A stretch of DNA of 50,738 nucleotides from an uncultured Dehalococcoidales bacterium (lineage in GTDB: Bacteria > Chloroflexota > Dehalococcoidia > GIF9 > AB-539-J10): positions 1 to 50,738 of the forward strand of contig CAYYUO010000001.1 of NCBI GenBank assembly GCA_964474965.1, given 5' to 3'. The notes below the pieces were generated by a model. That model was given only the letters and a program-made list of their open reading frames with translations, did not search any database and was not told the origin of the DNA. A program made the position numbers and the translations under genes. Shown here piece after piece: positions 18,222 through 27,647 of the stretch (its first letter is position 1; every line of letters begins with the position of its first letter).

Positions 18222-20214
18222 ACTATCTTTACCATTTGAGTCCAGATATTTGCCTCTGAGGAAATTCCTTGATATTTACCAGGAGTCCCTGGAGGAGCCA
18301 GAGGAGTTCTGGGCAGAACAGGCACGTCAGCTGGACTGGTTTAAGACCTGGGACAAGGTTCTGGAATGGAATCCACCCTTTGCCAGATGGTTTGTAGGTG
18401 GGAGATTAAACGCATCGCATATATGTGTGGACCGCCATGTAAAGACGTGGCGCAGAAGTAAGGTGGCTATATACTGGGAAGGGGAGCCTGGAGATGTTAG
18501 AGTTTTAAGTTATTCCACATTATATCGCGAAGTCAACAGATGCGCCTCAGTCTTAAAGAACTGTGGCGTAGGTGATGGGGACAAGGTTGCTTTATATCTG
18601 CCCATGATTCCCGAGCTGCCCATTTTCATGCTGGCCTGTGCCAGGATTGGGGCCATTCACACAGTGATTTTCTCTGGTTTCAGTGCTCAAGCATTAGCTG
18701 ACAGGGTCAATGATATACAGGCCAAGTTACTGGTAACTGCCGATGGGGGATTTCGGAAGGGGAAGGTAATCCCGCTAAAGAGTATAACCGATGAGGCCTT
18801 AACCAAGTGCCCCTCGGTGGAGAGGGTTATTGTAGTTAAAAGGGCTGGTGTTTCGGTAACCATGAAGTCACCAAGGGATTGCTGGCTGCATGACGTGCTT
18901 GTTAAAGCGGCGCAATTTGTGGAACCAGAGCAGGTGGAATCGAATCACCCCCTCTATATACTGTATACCTCGGGGACTACGGGCAAGCCTAAAGGAATTG
19001 TTCACAGTACCGGTGGCTATCTAGTCCAGAACTATTCTGCTTATAAGTGGGTTTTCGATCTTCGAGAGGAATCGGTCTACTGGTGCACTGCTGATGTTGG
19101 TTGGGTCACCGGACATAGCTCAACTGTATATGCCCCGCTGGCACATGGGGCGGCCATAGTACTTTATGAGGGGGCACCGGACTATCCTACAATTGAGAGA
19201 TGGTGGGATATCATCGAGAAATACGGAGTTAGCGTGTTTTACACCTCACCTACAGCCATCAGGATGTTTATGGGATATGGAGAGGCAATGCTGAAGGAGC
19301 ATAACCTCAGCAGTCTGGAACTCCTGGGGAGTGTGGGAGAGCCCATCAATCCCGAAGCCTGGCTCTGGTTTTACCGCCATGTTGGCGGTGAGAGATGCCA
19401 CGTTGTTGATACATGGTGGCAGACCGAAACCGGTGGCATCATGATTTCACCCACCCCTGGCATAATCGAGTGTGTGCCTCTGAAGCCTGGCTCAGCAACA
19501 TTCCCGCTGCCGGGGATAGAGGTTGATGTCGTTGGTGAGGATGGCAAGCCGGTGTCGCCGGAGCAGAGAGGTTTCCTGGTAATAAAGAGACCCTGGCCGG
19601 GGATGCTCCTCGGCGTACACGGAAACCCGGAACGCTACAAGGAATCCTACTGGTCACGGTTCCCTGGCGTTTACTATACCGGCGACTATGCAGTAAAAGA
19701 CAAAGATGGATACTTCTGGGTCTTGGGAAGGGCTGACGAGGTGCTTAAAATCGCCGGACATAGAATAGGAACTGTTGAATTGGAGGACGCTGCCATCTCA
19801 CATCCTCAGGTGGCTGAAGCAGCGGTTGTGGGCAAAGAGGACCCGGTGAAAGGTGAGAGCATCATCATCTTTGCCAGGCTCAAAGAAGGTATTGACCCTT
19901 CTCCGGACCTGGAAAAAGATCTTGCTGGTCACATGAGAAAAGTGGTGGGTCCTATAGCAGTTCCTGATGAAGTTTATTTCGTCCCCAGGCTACCCAAGAC
20001 GAGGAGTGGCAAAGTTCTGCGGCGGGTTTTGAAAGCCGTGGCCAATAATACCAGCGTGGGAGACCTCACAACCCTGGAAGACAAAAGCTCCGTGGAGGAA
20101 ATAATCAAGGTCTATCAGGACCTCAAAGCCATAAGACAAAGCCATGACGGCTTCATCCCTGAACTAATAGCACGTAAGGAGGTAAAATGGAAATTACTCA
20201 ACAAGACTGGATAG
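18211..20214 (+). CDS. acs: AMP-forming acetyl-CoA synthetase, 667 aa
   Basis: EEFWAEQARQLDWFK, YTSGTTGKPKG, YWCTADVGWVTGHS, GDYAVKDKDGYFWVLGRADEVLKIAGHRIGTVELE, PKTRSGKVLRR. The exact start is uncertain because ATG 18211 has no SD. Confidence 0.92.
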   Translation: MCTELSLPFESRYLPLRKFLDIYQESLEEPEEFWAEQARQLDWFKTWDKVLEWNPPFARWFVGGRLNASHICVDRHVKTWRRSKVAIYWEGEPGDVRVLSYSTLYREVNRCASVLKNCGVGDGDKVALYLPMIPELPIFMLACARIGAIHTVIFSGFSAQALADRVNDIQAKLLVTADGGFRKGKVIPLKSITDEALTKCPSVERVIVVKRAGVSVTMKSPRDCWLHDVLVKAAQFVEPEQVESNHPLYILYTSGTTGKPKGIVHSTGGYLVQNYSAYKWVFDLREESVYWCTADVGWVTGHSSTVYAPLAHGAAIVLYEGAPDYPTIERWWDIIEKYGVSVFYTSPTAIRMFMGYGEAMLKEHNLSSLELLGSVGEPINPEAWLWFYRHVGGERCHVVDTWWQTETGGIMISPTPGIIECVPLKPGSATFPLPGIEVDVVGEDGKPVSPEQRGFLVIKRPWPGMLLGVHGNPERYKESYWSRFPGVYYTGDYAVKDKDGYFWVLGRADEVLKIAGHRIGTVELEDAAISHPQVAEAAVVGKEDPVKGESIIIFARLKEGIDPSPDLEKDLAGHMRKVVGPIAVPDEVYFVPRLPKTRSGKVLRRVLKAVANNTSVGDLTTLEDKSSVEEIIKVYQDLKAIRQSHDGFIPELIARKEVKWKLLNKTG

Positions 20215-20510
20215 TATATGAGGAGGTCAGGACAAACCTAATAGCTAAACTGACAGGACGAGTTCGTTTTGGCAGGGTGCTAGGCTTGCCCAAAGAAAAG
20301 TTAGAGTGGATTCGAAACCACTACTGCGAGCTGAGTAAAGAATTCAACATGGAAATTACTCAACAAGACTGGATAGCATATGAGGAGGTCAGGACAAACC
20401 CAATAGCTACACTGACAGGACGAGTTCGTTTTGGCAGGGTGCTAGGCTTGCCCAAAGAAAAGTTAGAGTGGATTCGAAACCACTACTGCGAGCTGAGTAA
20501 AGAATTCAAC
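20187..20510 (+). repeat. 2 x 162-bp near-perfect tandem duplication
   Basis: 20187-20348 versus 20349-20510 gives 159/162 identical (hand-aligned). The junction shares ATGG microhomology with the downstream ATGGGGCAATGA. Confidence 0.95.
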
Positions 20511-20522
20511 ATGGGGCAATGA
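20187..20522 (+). CDS. Small protein made of two tandem 54-aa units (unknown family, HTH-like), 111 aa
   Basis: Strong SD AAGGAGG 4 nt upstream, inside the acs 3' end (28-nt overlap). Unit MEITQQDWI[V/A]YEEVRTN[L/P]IA[K/T]LTGRVRFGRVLGLPKEKLEWIRNHYCELSKEFN occurs twice, followed by MGQ*. Confidence 0.6.
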   Translation: MEITQQDWIVYEEVRTNLIAKLTGRVRFGRVLGLPKEKLEWIRNHYCELSKEFNMEITQQDWIAYEEVRTNPIATLTGRVRFGRVLGLPKEKLEWIRNHYCELSKEFNMGQ

Positions 20523-20773
20523 GAACATTCATTGTCCTTCATTATGTTGTAGGTTCGATGATCAAATAGCTTCGCATTCAAGTATGCTGCAATGCACGAT
20601 TGTTATGTTATGCAATTCGTCATTTCGTGCAATTTAAGAAGTACAATACATAACCGGACTTGCCCAAGGGATAGGTCGATGAGGAAAAATGTAGCGCGTA
20701 TCCTTTGGCTATCTGAAGAATACTGGGTGTAAGCTTAAAAATCGTGATCCAGCCGACAACTCCGAACCTGCGT

Positions 20774-20956
20774 TCACGCGGGTGAGGGCAAAGTCCTTTT
20801 AGAAACCAGGCCGGACCTGGGAATATCGTTAAGGCCGTCCATGGATTTCTGCCCCTGGCGTATCGCCTCCTCGATTGCCGTTTTAAGAGTCACGACTTCG
20901 TCATGGAAGCGTTCTAATTCCATCTCCAACGTATTACTCCCCCGATTGGTCACCAC
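20774..20956 (-). CDS. Hypothetical small protein (60 aa), weak
   Basis: Only an ORF, with a coiled-coil-like sequence MELERFHDEVVTLKTAIEEAIRQGQKSM. GTG start and poor SD. Sits in an otherwise unannotated AT-rich gap. Confidence 0.25.
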   Translation of the reverse strand: MVTNRGSNTLEMELERFHDEVVTLKTAIEEAIRQGQKSMDGLNDIPRSGLVSKRTLPSPA

Positions 20957-21205
20957 CTTCGATATTAAAATCTTAATAAAAGTTCTTCAGTCTGTCTATG
21001 GCCCAAAAGTCCTACACTTTGGCATCAAGGCTTTATTGTTCAGCTTACAAGTCCCGAGAAAAGGGCATTTCACCCTATAATCCAAGTAAAACGAATTTAA
21101 TTGGAAAAAGTTGATGGCTAAATGGTCTTAGTACTAAAAACTTCAAAGCTGCGCTTTAATTATTTACCCCGGAAAAACCGCACTTTCAGGGAGCTACGTA
21201 AGAGT

Positions 21206-22204
21206 TTAACCAAGGCCAAGGCTGGGCACTACATCCAGGTCATAACCGCTTACCCTGCCAGCCTGGAAATGATAATAGCCACAGGCAGCCACCATAGCAG
21301 CATTATCAGTACACAAGTGAGGAGGGGGAATAAGAACCAAGATAGGCGAGTTGGCAAGGAAACGCTGGGTTAATGCCTTATTGGCTGCTACTCCACCGCT
21401 AAGCAAAATCTGTTCCACCTTCAATTGCTCTGCTGCCTCAATTGTTTTGGCAACTAAAACATCGACTATAGCCAGTTGGAAACTTGCTGCAGCATCAACC
21501 ACTGAAACTCCTCCCTTGTGAACAAGATGCCACAAGGCAGTTTTCAAGCCACTGAAGCTGAAATCATGGCTTTCCTTGAGCCATGCTCGAGGGAGAGGCA
21601 AGCAAGGTATTCCAGAGCGGGCTGCCTGTTCAATCGCTGGACCACCAGGATAGCCCAAGTCCAAAATTCTGGCTGCCTTGTCAAAGGCTTCGCCAGCAGC
21701 GTCATCAAGAGTTCGTCCCAATTTCTCAAATTGCCCATGTCCCTTCATCAATACTAAATCGCTATGCCCACCGGAGACAACGAGGCAGAGACAGGGGAAT
21801 TTCACTCTATCCTTTCCACCAAGTGTAGAAGAATCCAGCCAATTAGCATAGATATGTGCCTCAAGATGGTTAACCCCGGTAACAGGTAATTTTTTGGCCA
21901 AGGCAATTGCCTTGGCCACGTTAACGCCGACCAACAGCGACCCGGCCAGCCCCGGGCCGAAAGTCACGGCAATACCATTGATATCCTGCCAGGAGACTTC
22001 GGTCATTGCCTGGCTGACAACCGGGATAATAGTAAGGAGATGCTGCCTTGAGGCGACTTCGGGGACTACGCCGCCATAGCGGGCATGAATGTCTATTTGT
22101 GAAGCTACAACATCGGAGATAATTTTGCTGCCGTCTTCCACTATGGCAGCGGCAGTTTCATCACAAGAGGTTTCAATACCCAGGATTTTCGTTTTCGTCC
22201 TCAT
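21206..22204 (-). CDS. tsaD: tRNA N6-adenosine threonylcarbamoyltransferase TsaD, 332 aa
   Basis: [39 protein letters not shown] and GGVAAN motifs of the Kae1/TsaD family. Confidence 0.93.
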   Translation of the reverse strand: MRTKTKILGIETSCDETAAAIVEDGSKIISDVVASQIDIHARYGGVVPEVASRQHLLTIIPVVSQAMTEVSWQDINGIAVTFGPGLAGSLLVGVNVAKAIALAKKLPVTGVNHLEAHIYANWLDSSTLGGKDRVKFPCLCLVVSGGHSDLVLMKGHGQFEKLGRTLDDAAGEAFDKAARILDLGYPGGPAIEQAARSGIPCLPLPRAWLKESHDFSFSGLKTALWHLVHKGGVSVVDAAASFQLAIVDVLVAKTIEAAEQLKVEQILLSGGVAANKALTQRFLANSPILVLIPPPHLCTDNAAMVAACGYYHFQAGRVSGYDLDVVPSLGLG

Positions 22205-22366
22205 GAACTGCCGCCACTATCTTGGCATAATCCTGCACAATATCTTATCCTGGCGCCGCAATACTCCCCGAAGCTGAGGAGGAGCTTCCCTGCTTACAAT
22301 AATAAGTCGCCCTTTGCCTCTCTCATTGGCTACCAATATTTGGCAGAGTACACAGCCATAAAAATG

Positions 22367-23533
22367 TTATATATTCGCTTCTCCTGCCTTCTTAACAGCG
22401 TATTGTACTAGAGGTGGCGAAATGAGTCCAAAAACCACTGTTGTGGTAGTCACAAGTGTGATTATTGCGCCTCCGAGTTCATACTCTGATAAGGCTTGAG
22501 CTGCCAGGAAAGCAAGACCCATGGCAACACCTGCTTGAGGTAACATGGCGAGGCCAAGGTACTTCTTAATTTTTGGCTCAGATTTGGATAGGACGCCTCC
22601 TAAGCTACACCCTGTTATCTTGCCAATACTTCTGCCAACGCAATACATAATTACAAGCGGCCACACGAGATGAAAAAGTGAGAAGTCCATCGCCATACCA
22701 ATAGCGGCGAAAAACAAAACAAATATCGGCGTCATGATATTATCTATCAATTCGTTTGAGCGAGTGCCGATTTGGACATTGAGGTTAATTACGGCGGTTC
22801 CTAAAGCCATACACGTGAGAATTGCCGAAACTCCAATCATCTCCGCAAGACCCCAACACAGCATAGCAACCGCAATAGAAATAAGAAAAATGTGGTCGGA
22901 AGAGAGATGTATCTTCTTCGTGAAGTAAGAAATAGCGATTCCAATTACTCCCCCGAGTCCCAAGCCACCAAAAATCTCCCGTAATGGGTATGTAAAGGCA
23001 AATGAAATGCCTGCTTCTTCGCCCAACAACATCTTCGTCAACATAATCCCTACCGCATAAATAACTATTACAAGCGCGTCATCCAGTCCCACAAGAGCAA
23101 CAGTGATATCTGTAAGTGTTCCTTTTGTCCTTAAGTCTCTTAAAACTGCTATTGTCCCCGCCGGATCGGTTGCACCGGCGAGCGAACCCAAAATTATGGA
23201 AAGAGGGAGGTCCCTCGTCAATAAATATACAAAACCCCATGTTGCTATAAATGTTATAAAAACCTGCACAAACAGTATAATAATTAGCTGCTTACCCATT
23301 CTTTTTAGAAAAGCGAAGGAAAAGCTCAATCCCACTATGTAGGCAATAAGAGCAAGCGTGATTCCGGTGATAATGACATTGAATTGTTCGGGCGGTCTGA
23401 AATTTAAAACCTGTCCTATGATAATACCCGAGAGAATATAGGCTAAAATTTCTGTTAACCTTAGCTTGCGTAGTATCCTTCCGAGTATGAAGCCAAGTAT
23501 GAGAACTAAAGCAACAAGGAGATAGATATTCAT
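22367..23533 (-). CDS. Cation:proton antiporter (Na_H_Exchanger/CPA2-like membrane domain), 388 aa
   Basis: About 11-12 hydrophobic segments. N-terminus ...LTEILAYILSGIIIGQ is typical of CPA family transporters. Confidence 0.75.
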   Translation of the reverse strand: MNIYLLVALVLILGFILGRILRKLRLTEILAYILSGIIIGQVLNFRPPEQFNVIITGITLALIAYIVGLSFSFAFLKRMGKQLIIILFVQVFITFIATWGFVYLLTRDLPLSIILGSLAGATDPAGTIAVLRDLRTKGTLTDITVALVGLDDALVIVIYAVGIMLTKMLLGEEAGISFAFTYPLREIFGGLGLGGVIGIAISYFTKKIHLSSDHIFLISIAVAMLCWGLAEMIGVSAILTCMALGTAVINLNVQIGTRSNELIDNIMTPIFVLFFAAIGMAMDFSLFHLVWPLVIMYCVGRSIGKITGCSLGGVLSKSEPKIKKYLGLAMLPQAGVAMGLAFLAAQALSEYELGGAIITLVTTTTVVFGLISPPLVQYAVKKAGEANI

Positions 23534-23991
23534 ACAGTATTTGTGAACTTATATCTGAGATTTCTTACAAGGAGCTGTATCGTTATTTCTCCCAGGAGTC
23601 TTTGATTTTCATCAACAACTGCCAATCTGCGGATATTGAAGGAGGAAAACTTCTTCAAGACGTCAGCTACAGTTCCTTCCGGCGAGCATACAACAGGATT
23701 ATGTGTCATGATATCCTGGACTACACTTTCTTTATGCAATATCTCAGCCCTGGGAACTCCGAATATCCTTTCCTTTCTTTGCCCAGGCGGAATAATGGAA
23801 CGCATAATATCATGTTCCGTTACTACTCCCACCACTTTCATTTCCTCAGTATTGTTAACCACCCACGCGTGTGCCCTAAGGGAAAGCTTGCTAATAAACT
23901 CCACCCAACTCGCGTTCTCCTCCATAAATGGGGTGTCATGCACAGGTATCATTATCTCTTTTACTTTTATCTTGTAAAATTCTTCCATCAT
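23530..23991 (-). CDS. CBS-domain pair protein, 153 aa
   Basis: Two CBS-like repeats (VKEIMIPV...VVGVVTEHDIMRSI; VQDIMTHNPVVCSPEGTVADVL...RRLAVVDENQRLLGEITI). ATGA overlap with the antiporter start. Confidence 0.8.
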   Translation of the reverse strand: MMEEFYKIKVKEIMIPVHDTPFMEENASWVEFISKLSLRAHAWVVNNTEEMKVVGVVTEHDIMRSIIPPGQRKERIFGVPRAEILHKESVVQDIMTHNPVVCSPEGTVADVLKKFSSFNIRRLAVVDENQRLLGEITIQLLVRNLRYKFTNTV

Positions 23992-24047
23992 GGTCTGTTA
24001 GGGAAAAACTACCTGTCTCGATTCGACTAGAAACTTGCAGTAAAGCT

Positions 24048-24076
24048 TTGTCATGAGCTTATGTTAGTATTCTAAT
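24048..24076 (+). promoter_or_regulatory. Candidate sigma70-type promoter of mobA
   Basis: TTGTCA-17 nt-TCTAAT, ~87 nt upstream of ATG 24164 (by eye). Confidence 0.4.
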
Positions 24077-24163
24077 AGAGAAGGAAAGATTAGGCAAGCA
24101 ATAACGGCTTGCCTGGCGCTGTCCAGTATGTTAGCGTAGCTTTGCATTTCGGGCGTTTTGAGC

Positions 24164-24781
24164 ATGACTTCTATTATTCTCGCCGGTGGCAAAAGTCTAA
24201 GGCTTGGTCAGAGCAAGGCTCTTCAGGTTATTGAGGATAAGAGCCTTATCCAGTGGGTGGTTGACCGCCTTGCTATCCTCAGCACAGAAATCATCATAGC
24301 GACTGCTCATGGTGAAGCAATTCCCTGCTCCTCGGCTGCAAGGATAAAAACGGTAGCCGATATTTATCCTGGAAAGGGGCCGCTTGCGGGCATTTACTCA
24401 GGTTTAATAGCCTCATCTAGTCCGCGGGCTATCGTCGTCGGCTGTGATACACCGTTTCTGAGCGTCAGCTTGCTTGAATATATGACCCAAATCTGTTCTA
24501 CATTTGATGTCGTTATTCCTCGGATAAAAAATGAATTGGAGCCCCTTTGCGCAGTGTATTCCAAGAATTGTTCAGTCCCCATTCAAGAGTTGCTGGAGCA
24601 AGATGAACGGCAAATTAGAAAGCTTTTTAGTATGGTCAAGGTGAAATACATTGAAGAGGACGAGATAAACAGATTTGACCCGGAGCACTTAAGCTTTTTC
24701 AATATAAACAACCAAGACGACCTGGAGAGGGCACAAAAGCTGGCAACCGAGAGGAGATGGGGAAGCGAAGAAAAACGATAG
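24164..24781 (+). CDS. mobA: Molybdenum cofactor guanylyltransferase MobA, 205 aa
   Basis: MTSIILAGGKSLRLGQSKAL...GPLAGIYSGL...VVGCDTPF are MobA/NTP_transf_3 motifs. Convergent with the bis-MGD enzyme fdhA. Confidence 0.85.
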   Translation: MTSIILAGGKSLRLGQSKALQVIEDKSLIQWVVDRLAILSTEIIIATAHGEAIPCSSAARIKTVADIYPGKGPLAGIYSGLIASSSPRAIVVGCDTPFLSVSLLEYMTQICSTFDVVIPRIKNELEPLCAVYSKNCSVPIQELLEQDERQIRKLFSMVKVKYIEEDEINRFDPEHLSFFNINNQDDLERAQKLATERRWGSEEKR

Positions 24782-24876
24782 CAGTAGCTACCATCTCAAT
24801 CGCGACAAAAGCCAGATCTTAAGACGCTCATCCAGCTTGCCCGGCCATGATTCTACCTTGCGTATTTCCCCGCTTA

Positions 24877-27645
24877 TCAACGCGGCTTTTTCCTCCGCCG
24901 CACGGCGTTCACGGCAGAGACCTTATACTCCGGAATCTTGGCTAATGGGTCAAGAGCATCATTGGTGAGGATATTGGCTGCTGCTTCACGCCAGTGGAAG
25001 GGTATAAAGACGACTCCAGGAGGCGACTTTTCCGTAATATGAACTGGTGCCTCCACCCGACCCCTCTTCGAGGTAACTACTAACAAATCGTCTTCAACAA
25101 GTCCCAGCCTTGCGGCATCAATAGGACTCATTTCAACTACACCTTTAGGATAGAGTTCATTCAGCACATTAGAACGCCGACTCATTGTGCCAGTGTGCCA
25201 ATGCTCCAGCACCCGCCCCGTAGTGAGAACAAGCGGGTACTTTTTGGATATTGATTCCGCTGGCGGAATGTAATCTACAGCGTGGAACTTGCCTCGTCCC
25301 CGGGCAAAGCCATCTTGGTAAAGAAAAATGGTTCCGGGGTGTGAGACATCCGGGCAGGGCCATTGCAAACCACCATTGTCGAGGCGGTCGAAGTGAATAC
25401 CGCCATAAATAGGAGTAAGGGAGGCAATTTCTTCCATAATCTGGCCGGCACTCTGGTAGTCAAATGGTTTTCCCATTTTTTTAGCCAAAGCAGATATAAT
25501 TTCCCAGTCAGCCTTTGCTTCCCCGGGCGGCGTAAGAGCCTGCCTTATTCTCTGAACTCGCCGCTCAGTATTGGTAAAAGTACCATCCTTTTCCGCGAAT
25601 GCAGCTCCAGGCAAAACAACGTCAGCAAACCAGGCAGTCTCAGAAAGAAATATATCCTGCACTACCAAGAATTCAAGTTTCTCCAGTGCTTGCTTGAAAT
25701 GCTCCAGATTAGGCTCACTTAACATGGGATTCTCTCCCATAACATAGAGCCCTTTAATGTCTCCCTTGAGTGCAGCATCGGCTATCTCAGTAACTGTCAT
25801 CCCTGGCCGGTCGCTCAATTTGCAACCCCATGCAGTTTCGAATTTCACTCTCACAGCAGGGTCATCAACCCTTTGATAACCGGGGTAGACATTGGGAAGC
25901 GCTCCTATATCACAGGCACCCTGGACATTATTCTGACCCCGAAGGGGACTGAACCCAGTACCCTCCCTGCCGATATTGCCAGTCAGTAGTAACAGGTTTG
26001 CCACGCTTTTCACATTATCAGTGCCCGTAGTATGCTGGGTTATTCCCATTCCATAGAGGATGCAGGCGCTTTTCGCCTCTCCAAAAAGGCGGGCGGCCGC
26101 CTCTATATCAGCCCGGGAAACTCCGGTTATAGCCTCGACCGCTTCAGGGGTATACCTCTCCACAAGCTGGCGCAGCTCCTCAAAACCTTCGGTGCGCTCT
26201 CGGATAAACTCCTTATCCTCAAGGCCGTCTCTGATAATCACATGCATTAGCCCATTAAGAAGAGCAACATCTGTTCCTGGCTTGTGGGGGAGTCTGATAG
26301 CAGCATTGTCGCCGAGTTCGATAGAGCGAGGATCAGCTACGATAAGTTTAGCACCCCCAAACCTGACCCTTCTCTTAATCGTCGAGCCGATAATGGGATG
26401 ACATTCAGTGGTGTTAGAGCCGATGATGAAGAAAAGTCCGGTTTTCCCAAAATCAGAATAGGAATTGCTCATTGCCCCTTGACCGAAGGCGGCGATGCCC
26501 CCGACGACTGTAGAGGCATGGCATAGTCGGGCACAGTGGTCAACATTATTAGTGCCTAGCACAGCCCGGACGAATTTCTGCATAACATAGTTATCTTCGT
26601 TGGTGCACTTAGCTGAACTTAAGGCAGCGATACTATCTGCTCCGCAAGATTGCTTGAGTTCAATGAGCTTATTGGCTACTAGTTCCAGAGCTTCATCCCA
26701 GCTAGCCTCACGGAAGATTTCGCGTACCTGCCCATCGTGACTTGCTTTTCTTGCTACTCCAGGTAATCGGATAAGGGGTGTGGTTAACCTCTCAGGATGG
26801 CTGAGAAAGTCATATCCCCAGCGTCCCTTGACACACAGGCTGCCGCGGTTAGCTGGACCTTCGGGGTCACCGCGCACGGAAACAACCTTATTATCTCGAA
26901 TACCCAAGTAGATAGAACAACCAACTCCGCAATAGGGACAAATGGTCTTAACCTCTTCGGTAGGCGGCTTTTCCCATTTAGGCACCAATGCCCCAGTAGG
27001 ACATCGCACAACACATTCACCACATGATTTACAAATGGACTCGGCAATCGGTTTATCACCAAAGGTGGCTATCCTTGCCGAATTGCCTCGGAAGGCTATG
27101 TCAATGACATCATGGCAAACTACCTCATGACAGGCCCGCACACATTTGGCGCAAAGGATACACTTATTCAGGTCACGAATAAATGCCGGATGGCTTGTAT
27201 CCACAGGAAGTAATTGAACACTTTTTCGCAACCGGTCAATATGCTCCTGCTCTATGCCCAAGTATCGAGCAATTTTAAGTAGCTCACAGTCCTGACTTTT
27301 AGCACAAGCAAGGCAATCGCCGTGATGACTGGCGCTGATAAGCTCCATAGTGATTCGGCGTGATTGATTTACCCTTGGCGTATCGGTGTGCACCACCATG
27401 CCCTCAGTTGCCGGCGTAGTGCATGAGCTCACCAAGCCACGCATCTTCTCTATCTCAACCACACAGAGGCGACACCCTCCGTAAGGCTTGAGGTCAGGGT
27501 CATAACACAGCTTGGGGATATAGATGCCAGCTTCCAGTGCTGCTTCAAGCACAGTGGCGCCTTTTCTCGCTGTAACCTGGCGGCCATTGATGGTCAGCCT
27601 AACGACATCTATTTTTGTTTCCTTCACCTTACTCGGAGGGGTCAT
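24877..27645 (-). CDS. fdhA: Formate dehydrogenase catalytic subunit with NuoG-like N-terminal Fe-S domains (Cys type), 922 aa
   Basis: N-terminal 2Fe-2S (CYDPDLKPYGGCRLCVVEI), a His/Cys 4Fe-4S and 2x 4Fe-4S. Then a molybdopterin domain (CPYCGVGCS) and VDHCARLCHASTV, with Cys where Sec-type enzymes have U. C-terminal MopB barrel. Confidence 0.9.
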   Translation of the reverse strand: MTPPSKVKETKIDVVRLTINGRQVTARKGATVLEAALEAGIYIPKLCYDPDLKPYGGCRLCVVEIEKMRGLVSSCTTPATEGMVVHTDTPRVNQSRRITMELISASHHGDCLACAKSQDCELLKIARYLGIEQEHIDRLRKSVQLLPVDTSHPAFIRDLNKCILCAKCVRACHEVVCHDVIDIAFRGNSARIATFGDKPIAESICKSCGECVVRCPTGALVPKWEKPPTEEVKTICPYCGVGCSIYLGIRDNKVVSVRGDPEGPANRGSLCVKGRWGYDFLSHPERLTTPLIRLPGVARKASHDGQVREIFREASWDEALELVANKLIELKQSCGADSIAALSSAKCTNEDNYVMQKFVRAVLGTNNVDHCARLCHASTVVGGIAAFGQGAMSNSYSDFGKTGLFFIIGSNTTECHPIIGSTIKRRVRFGGAKLIVADPRSIELGDNAAIRLPHKPGTDVALLNGLMHVIIRDGLEDKEFIRERTEGFEELRQLVERYTPEAVEAITGVSRADIEAAARLFGEAKSACILYGMGITQHTTGTDNVKSVANLLLLTGNIGREGTGFSPLRGQNNVQGACDIGALPNVYPGYQRVDDPAVRVKFETAWGCKLSDRPGMTVTEIADAALKGDIKGLYVMGENPMLSEPNLEHFKQALEKLEFLVVQDIFLSETAWFADVVLPGAAFAEKDGTFTNTERRVQRIRQALTPPGEAKADWEIISALAKKMGKPFDYQSAGQIMEEIASLTPIYGGIHFDRLDNGGLQWPCPDVSHPGTIFLYQDGFARGRGKFHAVDYIPPAESISKKYPLVLTTGRVLEHWHTGTMSRRSNVLNELYPKGVVEMSPIDAARLGLVEDDLLVVTSKRGRVEAPVHITEKSPPGVVFIPFHWREAAANILTNDALDPLAKIPEYKVSAVNAVRRRKKPR

Positions 27646-27647
27646 AC

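Noticed and set aside
20806-20820. Hairpin CCAGG-CCGGA-CCTGG resembling the SRP RNA/4.5S 'GGUCCGG' region, and a GGTTCGGAG tRNA T-loop-like string nearby
   Set aside because: The surrounding sequence lacks the conserved GGAAGGAAGCAG SRP motif. No cloverleaf with acceptor and anticodon stems could be built.
22205-22366. Short minus-strand frame upstream of tsaD (…ANERGKGRLIIVSREAPPQLRGVLRRQDKILCRIMPR*)
   Set aside because: It has fewer than 50 codons stop-to-stop, no ATG or SD, and no recognisable family. It is possibly a gene remnant but cannot be supported.
24083-24163. Moco or cobalamin riboswitch in the mobA leader, and likewise in the 197-bp repeat
   Set aside because: No B12-box-like or Moco-motif conserved strings were recognisable by eye, only a short GGCAAGC/GCTTGCC hairpin. 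An Infernal scan would be needed to exclude it fully.
24877-27645. Possible selenocysteine (in-frame TGA) in fdhA, hdrA paralogues or the hydrogenase large subunit
   Set aside because: All these ORFs are uninterrupted. The FdhA active-site position reads Cys (CARLCHAST) and the hydrogenase C-terminus reads DPCLACSVH, so no recoding is needed.
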